The position numbers and the translations under genes were made by a program. 64,000 bases of DNA, taken from Candidatus Bathyarchaeota archaeon. GTDB lineage: Archaea; Thermoproteota; Bathyarchaeia; Bathyarchaeales; Bathycorpusculaceae. The notes beneath the pieces were generated by a model that made no database searches, was not told the DNA's origin, and was given only the letters and a program-made list of their open reading frames with translations. The stretch covers positions 1,408,001-1,472,000 of the forward strand of contig CAWFFH010000003.1 in assembly GCA_963815095.1 (NCBI GenBank). The letters are read 5' to 3'. Each line of letters opens with the position of its first letter. Position 1 is the first letter of the stretch. Shown here piece after piece: positions 20,308 to 28,836 of this stretch.

Positions 20308-20972
20308 TTTGGGGGATTCTCCAGAGAGTTGGGAGGTTTCCGTCTGCGTGCATATGCAGAAGCTAAGATAAGAACGACAAGAAGGATTACCCAAAGAATT
20401 AGGTAAAAGCCCGCGTTGGCTTTTAGGAGAGAAACAACAAAACCCCCTAAAGTGTAAATAGTCAACGCTGACACAACCGCTTTGCTTTCTCGTGGTAGCC
20501 GCTCAGGGAACGAACCTTTAAGCGCAAAGAATAAAGGAAACACAGTTGTGGCCAAAAGTCCGAATCTAAAAGCCAAAAATTCGTGGCGCAGCAAGAAAAT
20601 TGCGGCAAGAATCGGCAAATAGTAGGCCGTCCAAACTAATGCTATCCATGAAGGCTTCAGCAATTTTGTCCACATTGAATCCATAATTTCTCTGCGTACA
20701 AGCATGGAGTTATAAGCCTTCTTGAAAATCCAAGCAATCATGGCAGCGCCCACAACGCTCACCGCTGTGTTAACCAAGATCGCAACAACAAGAAAATAGC
20801 TATCTGAAAGCCCAAGGAATAGGATAATCGAGGGCAGAAAAGTTATGAGGACAATTTCAGCGGCGACTGCAGCATAACAGAGTCCCCAAGCTCGTTCTAG
20901 TATGTACTGTTCTATAACCAGGGCTTTTTCTGCCACACGCTTAATTTGCTCTGGTGAAACATTCTCGACCAC
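20301..20972 (-). CDS. Integral membrane protein (~6 TM)
   Basis: Multiple hydrophobic helices. Translationally coupled to the regulator. Confidence 0.75.
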   Translation of the reverse strand: MVENVSPEQIKRVAEKALVIEQYILERAWGLCYAAVAAEIVLITFLPSIILFLGLSDSYFLVVAILVNTAVSVVGAAMIAWIFKKAYNSMLVRREIMDSMWTKLLKPSWIALVWTAYYLPILAAIFLLRHEFLAFRFGLLATTVFPLFFALKGSFPERLPRESKAVVSALTIYTLGGFVVSLLKANAGFYLILWVILLVVLILASAYARRRKPPNSLENPPNW

Positions 20973-21032
20973 ACTTTACCTCCTTAATTTCTATATCTGA
21001 ATGCAAAGGTTCTTTTGACTTTATTCTTTCTG

Positions 21033-21047
21033 GTACAAATTTTGTAC
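21033..21047. promoter_or_regulatory. Palindromic operator candidate GTACAAA-T-TTTGTAC
   Basis: Perfect 7-1-7 inverted repeat between the divergent regulator operon and the ABC operon, just upstream of TTATTTAT. Confidence 0.5.
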
Positions 21048-21120
21048 TCGGGAAAGTTATTTATGAAACATCACTTTACTGTTTCAGACAATCAATCCGC
21101 TCAATCCAAGGTAATAACAG

Positions 21121-22038
21121 TTGATAGATACTGACAATCTTACAAAAAAGTTCGAGGATTTAACAGCCGTAGAAAACCTTACCCTTCACGTTAACGACGG
21201 CGAAGTATTCGGTTTTCTCGGCCCGAATGGCGCAGGGAAAACAACAACCGTCAGAATGCTCTGCTGCCTAATATCAAAGACAAGTGGAAGCGCCAAAATA
21301 GGCGAGTATGAAATAGGCAATAAGGAAGACGCGCTGAAAATCCGCAAAATCATCGGGTTTGTCTCTGATAACGTTGGATTATCTGAAAATCTGACAGCCT
21401 ACGACAACCTAGACTTTTTTGCAAAGATATATGATTGCCCGGAAACCCAAAGAAAAGAGAACATCAAGCGTTTTCTTGAGATGTTAGGGCTTTGGGATAA
21501 GAGGAATGTTTTGGCAGGAACTTTTTCTAAGGGTATGAAGCAAAAACTCGCCATAGCCCGAGCCCTCATTCATGAACCACAAGTTATTTTTATGGACGAA
21601 CCTACCGCGAATCTAGATCCTGAGGCTTCGAAAACAGTTCGAGATTTCATTCTTCAACTGAAAAAAGAGAAGAAGACAATCTTTCTAAACACCCACAACC
21701 TTGGCGAGGCACAGAGAATCTGCGACAGAGTGGCAATAATGAATACAAGTCTTAGAGCAATTGGTACCCCGCAGGAACTTGAAAGGTCCGTTAGTGGCAA
21801 GAAGACTGTTATCGGATTGGAACAGCAAGTAAACGGTGCTGTTTTGGTGGCATTGAAAAAACTGGCTCTCAAAAACCTGTCCAGCGGCGGCGACACTATA
21901 ACATTTGACGTGGAAAACCCAGACAAGGAAAATTCACCTGTTATAGAGGCTATAGTGCTAGCGGGAGGTCGTGTCAAATCAATCAATGTGGTAGGCTCAA
22001 CTTTGGAAGATACCTATCTAAAACTTGTGAGGAAATAA
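21121..22038 (+). CDS. ABC-2 type exporter ATP-binding protein
   Basis: GPNGAGKTT, FSKGMKQ, DEP and H-loop. Confidence 0.93.
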   Translation: MIDTDNLTKKFEDLTAVENLTLHVNDGEVFGFLGPNGAGKTTTVRMLCCLISKTSGSAKIGEYEIGNKEDALKIRKIIGFVSDNVGLSENLTAYDNLDFFAKIYDCPETQRKENIKRFLEMLGLWDKRNVLAGTFSKGMKQKLAIARALIHEPQVIFMDEPTANLDPEASKTVRDFILQLKKEKKTIFLNTHNLGEAQRICDRVAIMNTSLRAIGTPQELERSVSGKKTVIGLEQQVNGAVLVALKKLALKNLSSGGDTITFDVENPDKENSPVIEAIVLAGGRVKSINVVGSTLEDTYLKLVRK

Positions 22039-22040
22039 AT

Positions 22041-22784
22041 ATGCGAATCTCAAAGGCGTTGATTATAGCAGCTAGAGACTTCAAAATATTTAGGCGAGTA
22101 AGAAACGTCTGGACCTCGATAATTATTTTCCCAGTTGTTATTTCGGTTATGTTTCCGGTGATACTGGAGTATTTAACGATAAGGGGGAACCACGGACTCG
22201 CAGCGTCGGGTGTGCTTCCAAATTTGCTTACCTCCTTTTCTTTCTTTTTAGTTATAGGAGCAGCATACGTTCCCTTAGGGATTGCCTCTTACAGTATAGT
22301 CGGGGAGAAAGTGGAGAAGAGTTTGGAACCGCTTCTAGCCACGCCGCTAACTGATGGAGAAATATTGCTTGGAAAAGCCATCTCTGCAGTTATTCCAACT
22401 TTAGTTGCAATGTATGCGGCTGCGGCAGTGTTCATGGTGGGCATTGATGAGGTTACTTTCAATACGCTTGGCTACTATTATTTTCCAAACTGGAACATCG
22501 CCACTTTGCTGTTAGTTCTGATGCCGGTCGCCATTGTGATGAGTGTTCTGTTCAGTGTGATTGTTTCTTCGCGAGTTAATGATGTGCGGAGCGCTAACAG
22601 TTTTGGAGTTTTTATACTCTTTCCACTTCTGGGCATATACCTTCTCAGCGAGACAAGCATAATAACCCTTGACATAAACAGCCTGCTCATAATTTCAGGC
22701 ATTATCTTGGCAGTTGATGTGGCGCTTTTCTATGTTAGCACCAAGACTTTCCGTAGGGAGGAAATACTAACAAAATGGAAGTAG
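22041..22784 (+). CDS. ABC-2 type exporter permease
   Basis: SIVGEKVEKSLEPLLATP..ILLGK motif and 6 TM helices. Confidence 0.9.
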   Translation: MRISKALIIAARDFKIFRRVRNVWTSIIIFPVVISVMFPVILEYLTIRGNHGLAASGVLPNLLTSFSFFLVIGAAYVPLGIASYSIVGEKVEKSLEPLLATPLTDGEILLGKAISAVIPTLVAMYAAAAVFMVGIDEVTFNTLGYYYFPNWNIATLLLVLMPVAIVMSVLFSVIVSSRVNDVRSANSFGVFILFPLLGIYLLSETSIITLDINSLLIISGIILAVDVALFYVSTKTFRREEILTKWK

Positions 22785-22806
22785 TAAAGTTGGAAGCAAA
22801 GAGGAG

Positions 22807-23025
22807 GTGGGAAAAATGGTGGACATGAAAGATTATTATCAAACAAATAAAGGGCGACTCCTTGGAATTGGGGGAATATTAATTGTTGTGGGTCTTGTCC
22901 TCTATTTTGCAAGACATCAAGAATTAGTGCTCGTATTACCCATCGTTGGGGCTGTTTTGTTCATTGCCGGAGTTATTTATAAGCCTCAAAAGAAAACAGA
23001 TAGCACCCCTAAGGTGACTGAATAG
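22807..23025 (+). CDS. Small two-TM membrane protein
   Basis: GGAGG upstream and two hydrophobic helices. Confidence 0.65.
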   Translation: MGKMVDMKDYYQTNKGRLLGIGGILIVVGLVLYFARHQELVLVLPIVGAVLFIAGVIYKPQKKTDSTPKVTE

Positions 23026-23469
23026 GTTAAGCATCGGCAAAAAATGTTGAGGCACTTGGTTTTTTCTTTTTTCAATTACTAAGAAGGCATTTTGATCCAG
23101 TGTTGGTGACAAGAGCGGGACCAACAGAGAACGTTAGAAGTTGTTGTTGTTGTTGCTGCTGCACCTATATTCTGCAGACCGGTTGCAACAACAATCAAAG
23201 ACAAACCCAAATTGCCCAGTTATTCTTAACTGAAACACAAGTCAGACCCATCGAAGATAATGATGCAACCCAATTTGCACACAACAGCATCATCAATCAA
23301 AAATAACCCACTAAAAACCGATTAGTTACTTATGATTTGGATTATTTTTTTTATACAATACTATTCCTTCAATCAAGAATAGACTCTTTGCGACCCCATT
23401 CGTGCCTGTAAGGAAAAGGAAGCTGATTTCAATCAATAAACCATTAACTATTTAACACAAAAAAGAAAA

Positions 23470-23955
23470 TTACTGCCTTTGATGTAGCTTTAAAACTAAA
23501 ACTGCGACTCTTCTGCCCAACTCCTCGCATTCGACAAGATCTTCTTTACTTGGTACACCCATAACCGCAACTCCGTAATGTGCATCGTCAGCTCTGCCCT
23601 GAACAATCATGCCGTGAATAAGCATAGCATGTACAATTGAGAGAGGTGTGGTTTCGGCTCCTGAAGCGGTTCCGCCGCTGCTGGTAAATGCGCCGCCGAC
23701 TTTGCCGCCTAATTGCTTGTGGACCTGTTCGGATCGGTCGATTAGTGCTTTAAGTTTAGCAGACATTTGCCCAAAATATGTTGGCGACCCCAAAATTATC
23801 CCGTTAGCGGCTAACAAATCACTTGGATTTGTTTCTGCAGCTTTTTTCACAATAACTTCCAAATCACTTTCTTGCGCTGCTCCTTTCCCCACCGCTAACG
23901 CCATTTTTTCCGTGTTTCCAGAATTAGAATCATAAACAACAAGTATTTTTGCCAT
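23470..23955 (-). CDS. WrbA-like flavodoxin / NAD(P)H oxidoreductase
   Basis: YDSNSGNTEKMA, GSPTYFG and GKVGGAFTSSG motifs. Confidence 0.88.
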   Translation of the reverse strand: MAKILVVYDSNSGNTEKMALAVGKGAAQESDLEVIVKKAAETNPSDLLAANGIILGSPTYFGQMSAKLKALIDRSEQVHKQLGGKVGGAFTSSGGTASGAETTPLSIVHAMLIHGMIVQGRADDAHYGVAVMGVPSKEDLVECEELGRRVAVLVLKLHQRQ

Positions 23956-23959
23956 AATT

Positions 23960-24526
23960 TCACTTCACAATTTCCTGTATTATCTCATTAACCGCCATAA
24001 TCTTTGCGTTGTAAACATACTCCAAATATTTTAGGCTCTGCTCTTGGTCTTGAGGTGTAAGGGCTTCAACGCCGTCTTTGGTGATTACTATTTGGTAGCC
24101 TCGGAAGAAAGCGTCTGCTGCTGTGTGGCGGATACAGATGTTTGTGTGTAAGCCTCCTAAAATTAGAGTTTTTGCACCTTCGCCCTCGTAGAGGCTGCGT
24201 AAGAGTGGTTCTAAACCTGTTTCGTAAAAGCCGCTGTAAGTGCGTTTCTCAACGATGTAGTCTTTTCCTTCTTCGGGTTTGAGGTCGGCAATAACTTGGG
24301 CGCCCTGGGTGCCTTTTATCGCGTGAATACCCCATTTTTTTGTGATTTCAAAATCTCTTGGGTAGTGAGCGTCGATGCTGTATAAGACTGGGACCTGGTT
24401 TATTCGAGCGGCTAATAGGAGCCTTTGGAGGGGTTCAATTATGTTCTTGACGTTTTTTATTTTCAGTGGACCTGTGAAAAAATCGTTCTGAACATCCACA
24501 AGGATAACTGCGGGGTTATTTAACAA
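23960..24526 (-). CDS. Isochorismatase/nicotinamidase family cysteine hydrolase
   Basis: VDVQNDF, KRTYSGF and GLHTNICIRHTA motifs. Confidence 0.9.
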   Translation of the reverse strand: MLNNPAVILVDVQNDFFTGPLKIKNVKNIIEPLQRLLLAARINQVPVLYSIDAHYPRDFEITKKWGIHAIKGTQGAQVIADLKPEEGKDYIVEKRTYSGFYETGLEPLLRSLYEGEGAKTLILGGLHTNICIRHTAADAFFRGYQIVITKDGVEALTPQDQEQSLKYLEYVYNAKIMAVNEIIQEIVK

Positions 24527-24573
24527 AAAATCACTCTCAAATGAAAGAGGAAGCAGCGCCTAATTTAGTTTAC

Positions 24574-25626
24574 CTATGGCATGCAAGGGCCAGCAGTCAG
24601 GACTTCGGCACCGTTTTTGGTGACAAGAACTGTGTCTTCAATTCGAACTCCACCTAAACCGGGCACGTAGATTCCTGGCTCATCTGTTACCACGTTTCCC
24701 GCCATCAGAGTGTCTTTGCTGTCTGGGCTCAAAATGGGTGCTTCATGAACTTCCAAACCGACGCCATGACCAAGATTGTGGACAAAGAACTCGCCAAAAC
24801 CCGCCTCCTCAATTACACACCTGGCAACTCTATCAACTTCACTTGCAGCAACTTGGGGTTTAATGGTCTCAAGAGCTTTATCGTGTGCAAGCTTAACCGC
24901 GTCGTAGATTGCTGCTTGATGGTAGGTTGCTTTGCTGGCGATGAAGGTTCGGGTTAGGTCTGAACGGTAGAATTTGTAGGTCGCGCCAATGTCCACTACG
25001 ACAAAGTCTCCGTCTCGGATGGTGCGCTCGATGTTGCAACCGTGCGGGAACGCTGAAGATGGGCCAGATGCTACGATGGTTTCAAATGCCAGACCGTAGC
25101 AGCCTGCCTTACGCATGGCATACTCGATTTCCGCTGCCGCAGTTTTCTCTTTTGTTCCAAGCCACATAGTTTCTTTAGCAGTCTGCATCCCAATAGCTGC
25201 TATTCTGCAGGCTTCACGGATAAACTTTATTTCTTGGTTATCTTTGACGCTGCGAAGTTCCCGAATCAGATTATTGATGGGTTCGAGTTTTTCTTCTCCG
25301 CCGACAGTTTTGGCTAACGTTCGCCAGTTCTCAATTGACAAGGCGTCTATGCCGAATTCTTTGGCCGAGGCTTGCTTAGCGATTTTTTCCATCAAGTTTT
25401 CGCCACGCTTTAGAAGTTCTATCGTTACGCCTTTGGCTTCTTCTTTTGCCTGTTCATAATTCACTCCCGAAACGTAGAGGATGCTTTCACCTTGTTCGGG
25501 AATGTAGAGGGCCGTTGCTCCTGAAAAGTTCGTGAAATAGGTTAAGTTGGTTTGGTTGAAGATTAGTAAGTTGGAGGGTTTGCTCTGTTTCTGGGCTGCT
25601 TGTTTTAGTGCATCGGTTCGATTCAT
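24574..25626 (-). CDS. Xaa-Pro aminopeptidase (M24)
   Basis: DIGA..YRSDLTRT, HNLGHGVGLEVHEAP and EPGIY..GGVRIED motifs. Likely start is MNRTD at 25626. Confidence 0.9.
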   Translation of the reverse strand: MNRTDALKQAAQKQSKPSNLLIFNQTNLTYFTNFSGATALYIPEQGESILYVSGVNYEQAKEEAKGVTIELLKRGENLMEKIAKQASAKEFGIDALSIENWRTLAKTVGGEEKLEPINNLIRELRSVKDNQEIKFIREACRIAAIGMQTAKETMWLGTKEKTAAAEIEYAMRKAGCYGLAFETIVASGPSSAFPHGCNIERTIRDGDFVVVDIGATYKFYRSDLTRTFIASKATYHQAAIYDAVKLAHDKALETIKPQVAASEVDRVARCVIEEAGFGEFFVHNLGHGVGLEVHEAPILSPDSKDTLMAGNVVTDEPGIYVPGLGGVRIEDTVLVTKNGAEVLTAGPCMP

Positions 25627-25748
25627 GAGTTTTCGCCAATCTAAGGGGAAGGGCTTGGGTTGGTTTAAGTTTTCGCTTCTAAAGTTGCTTGTTGAGGGTG
25701 TATTGAGGTTAATTATTGCGTTATGCAACCAAAAGCCAGTCGAATTTT

Positions 25749-25799
25749 GCCGTGATTTTTTAAATGAACAAGCCATTAACTTAATATACTTTTCAAATG
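25749..25799 (+). promoter_or_regulatory. Conserved promoter/operator block of aor module 1
   Basis: 42/51 identical, ungapped, to 28751-28801. Contains TTAATATA. Confidence 0.7.
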
Positions 25800-25833
25800 C
25801 CTTCTAACTTACAAGACATGAGGGGAAAAAAGC

Positions 25834-27747
25834 ATGTTTGCTTATGCGGGAAAAATTTTACATGTTGACCTCACAACAGGCCAAACAAGAACCGAGCCAC
25901 TGAGTGAACAGATGGCTAAAAGCTACATTGGCGGCATCGGTTTAGGTATTCGATTACTTATGGATAACTCAAAACCAGGCACAGACGCCTTCCACCCAGA
26001 CAACCCAATAATCTACTGTACAGGTCCGCTCAGCGGCACCATGGGTCCAACAGCCGGCAACGGCTATGCAGTAGTTTCCAAATCACCAGCCACGGGCGGA
26101 GTCGGGGAAGCAAAGGCACACGGGTTTTTTGGTCCAGACCTAAAACGCGCAGGATACGACGCCGTCGTAATCACTGGAAAAGCACCAAAATTATCTTACC
26201 TTTGGATTGACGATGACAAAGTAGAAATCCGAAACGGCGAATACCTCAAAAACGCCACAGTAGGCGATACAGATAACAAAATCCGAGATGAACTCGGAGA
26301 CTTCTATATTCGCGTATCAGCCATTGGCGAAGCAGGCGAAAAACTCTGCAGGTTCGCAGCCATCATAAACGACGAATTCCGAGCAATCGGACGCACAGGC
26401 ATGGGCGCAGTGATGGGCAGCAAAAACCTCAAAGCCGTCGCTGTAAGGGGAACAAAAGACGTTAACGTAGCTAACATGGAAGGCTTCAAAGAATACATCA
26501 AAATGATCCATGAACGAATGAAGGGTCCAGCTACCAAGAAATACAAGACCTTGGGTACACCTGAAAACGTACTAGTTTTAAATTCGCTTTCAGCTTTAGC
26601 AACAAGAAACTGGACGAACGCAACTTTTGAAGGCGCTAATAAAGTCAGCGGCGAATACTTAAACGAACATTATGTTAAGAAAATTGTCGGTTGTGCAACT
26701 TGCGGTATGCGTTGCGACCACATTGCCGTTGTTCCTGAAGGACCATACAAAGGATCAACTTCAAGACTAGAATTCGAATGCCTCTGGAGCATGGGGCCAC
26801 TTTGCGGTGTTGACCGTTTAGACGCAATTATCGAAGCAATGCGAATCGTCAACGAATACGGCATGGACGGCATCTCAATTGGTGTCGTTGTCGCATTTGC
26901 GATGGACCTATATGAACATGGCATAATCACCAAAGAACAAACTGATGGAATCGACCTCAAATTCGGCAACTCTGAAGCATTAATCGCTATAATCCACAAG
27001 ATTGGTAAACGTGAAGGTTGGCTTGGCAACATTCTTGCAGAAGGTGTTGAGAAAGCAGCCGAATTAATCGGCGGAGACGCATACAAATATGCATGCCACA
27101 TCAAAGGCTTAGAACTACCAGGCTACGACCTAAGAACACTAAAAACAGCCGCCCTAGGCTTCTCAGTATCATTCCGAGGTGCCTGCCACCTAAGAAACGG
27201 AGCATACTCACCGGACGTAAAAGGCAAAGTAAACCGCTTCAAAATCGAGAAAGGCAGAGGCAAAATGATCACCGACGAGAGCCACATGTACAACATCATC
27301 GACTCACTAATCGTCTGCAAATTCAGCAGAGGCACATACTACGATGGCTGGAAAGACCTAGCTAACTACTACACCCTAGCAACAGGCATCCCGATTACCC
27401 CAGAAGAAATGACTCAAGACGGCGACAGAATAGAAAACCTCGCACGCCTCTTCAACATACGTGAAGGCAAAGGCACACGCAAATACGACGATGTCCCCTA
27501 CAAAATAAAGAATTTCCCAGTACCCGACGAAGGACCAGCTAAAGGCGTCTGCGTTAACGACGAAGAAATGGCAATCGGCTTAGACGATTACTACGCTTCA
27601 AGAGGATGGACCGCCGATGGCATACCAACTGTTGAGAGACTTAACTCGTTAGGGTTAGGCGATTTAGCCTACATTGCCGAAGATGCAATGAAAGTCGCTA
27701 AAGAAGCCAAGCCTCAAGCAGCGGTTGCAACTGTGGGAGGAAACTAA
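25834..27747 (+). CDS. aor: Tungsten-dependent aldehyde:ferredoxin oxidoreductase family protein 1
   Basis: GRTGMGAVMGSKNLKA, CATCGMRC, EFE, YGMDGIS, RGACH and IVCKF motifs. Confidence 0.92.
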   Translation: MFAYAGKILHVDLTTGQTRTEPLSEQMAKSYIGGIGLGIRLLMDNSKPGTDAFHPDNPIIYCTGPLSGTMGPTAGNGYAVVSKSPATGGVGEAKAHGFFGPDLKRAGYDAVVITGKAPKLSYLWIDDDKVEIRNGEYLKNATVGDTDNKIRDELGDFYIRVSAIGEAGEKLCRFAAIINDEFRAIGRTGMGAVMGSKNLKAVAVRGTKDVNVANMEGFKEYIKMIHERMKGPATKKYKTLGTPENVLVLNSLSALATRNWTNATFEGANKVSGEYLNEHYVKKIVGCATCGMRCDHIAVVPEGPYKGSTSRLEFECLWSMGPLCGVDRLDAIIEAMRIVNEYGMDGISIGVVVAFAMDLYEHGIITKEQTDGIDLKFGNSEALIAIIHKIGKREGWLGNILAEGVEKAAELIGGDAYKYACHIKGLELPGYDLRTLKTAALGFSVSFRGACHLRNGAYSPDVKGKVNRFKIEKGRGKMITDESHMYNIIDSLIVCKFSRGTYYDGWKDLANYYTLATGIPITPEEMTQDGDRIENLARLFNIREGKGTRKYDDVPYKIKNFPVPDEGPAKGVCVNDEEMAIGLDDYYASRGWTADGIPTVERLNSLGLGDLAYIAEDAMKVAKEAKPQAAVATVGGN

Positions 27748-27748
27748 A

Positions 27749-28261
27749 ATGGGCCGTCCCCAAGACAGAAAATTCGTAACAGCCGACCCAGACAAATGCA
27801 TCGGCTGTCTAGTATGCGAATATGCTTGCAGCATGGTTAACGAAAAAACCTTCAACCCAAACAAATCACGCATACGCGCCATGCGCCTAGGTCCACTAGT
27901 AAACCTCGCAGTTACCTGTAGGCACTGTGAAGACGCCTCATGCGTAGCTGCCTGCCCAAGAGATGCTCTAAAACAAGACTGTGATAGCGGTATAATCCGC
28001 GTTGACGAAAACGCATGCAATGGTTGCGGATGGTGTATTAGCGCATGCCAATTCGGCGCTATGAACATGCATCCAGACAAAAAAGTAGTATTTACCTGCA
28101 ACAGCTGCACCGACAACGAAACTAAAGAACCTCAATGTGTTAAATGGTGTCCCGAAGAAGCCTTATCATTTGTCAGCGCAGAAACATTATCGCAGAAATA
28201 TCGCCAGAAAGCAGTCAAGAACCTGTTCCAAACAGCTGAAGAAGCCAATAAAGCTAAATAA
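27749..28261 (+). CDS. 4x[4Fe-4S] electron-transfer subunit of AOR module 1
   Basis: CIGCLVC, CRHCEDASCVAACP, CNGCGWCISACQ and CNSC..CVKWCP motifs. GGAGG before ATG 27749. Confidence 0.9.
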   Translation: MGRPQDRKFVTADPDKCIGCLVCEYACSMVNEKTFNPNKSRIRAMRLGPLVNLAVTCRHCEDASCVAACPRDALKQDCDSGIIRVDENACNGCGWCISACQFGAMNMHPDKKVVFTCNSCTDNETKEPQCVKWCPEEALSFVSAETLSQKYRQKAVKNLFQTAEEANKAK

Positions 28262-28322
28262 ACTCAGTTTAGCGCTTTTTTGCGCTACTTTTTGTTTTTT
28301 TTCGAAAATGTTTTCTATCGTT

Positions 28323-28610
28323 TTATCCGCCTGTCATCAGCGACATCAGGATTATGCTGTCACCGTTTTTTAGGGATGTGTTTACGCCTTGTAGCTGATC
28401 CATCAAAACACCATTAACCATTGCAACAAATGTTGCTTTCATTTCCTTCTTGACCGGGTCATAGACTTCCTGTATGAATTGTTTGCCGTAATCTCCGGCG
28501 ATTTTGCCCAGCAAATCCGACAGTAAACTGCCATTTGGAAGTGTGAATTCATCTTGGCTTGTGTTTGTGTAGGATTTAACCAAGCTGATATAGTGGACTT
28601 TAACTTCCAT
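28323..28610 (-). CDS. moaD: MoaD/ThiS/SAMP ubiquitin-like sulfur carrier
   Basis: Beta-grasp size, VNG, C-terminal GG. Lies between two AOR modules. Confidence 0.85.
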   Translation of the reverse strand: MEVKVHYISLVKSYTNTSQDEFTLPNGSLLSDLLGKIAGDYGKQFIQEVYDPVKKEMKATFVAMVNGVLMDQLQGVNTSLKNGDSIILMSLMTGG

Positions 28611-28750
28611 TTCTTTTCCTTCTGCTCTGGTCTAATAATTGTTTTGGGGTTCTGATATTTCTTTTCTATTCTCGATATAGTTTTAGCCTTGAAAACCTCG
28701 ATTAGCGTTATGTGAAATTGTGCATAACGACTCCTACATCCACGTGGAAA

Positions 28751-28801
28751 GCCATGACTTTTCAAACTAAGAACCCATTAACTTAATATATTGTTCAAAT
28801 G
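28751..28801 (+). promoter_or_regulatory. Conserved promoter/operator block of aor module 2
   Basis: Matches 25749-25799. An upstream inverted repeat CGTTATG-N10-CATAACG lies at 28706-28729. Confidence 0.7.
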
Positions 28802-28836
28802 AACTAAATACTTTAAAACGCTTGGAGGAACAAGGT

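Noticed and set aside
23100-23306. ORF with six consecutive Cys
   Set aside because: The poly-Cys comes from the (GTT)n(GCT)n microsatellite and hairpin arm, and there is no SD or family resemblance.
19500-23460. Integrated element at the CAT tRNA
   Set aside because: No integrase and no duplicate of the tRNA end were found in the window.
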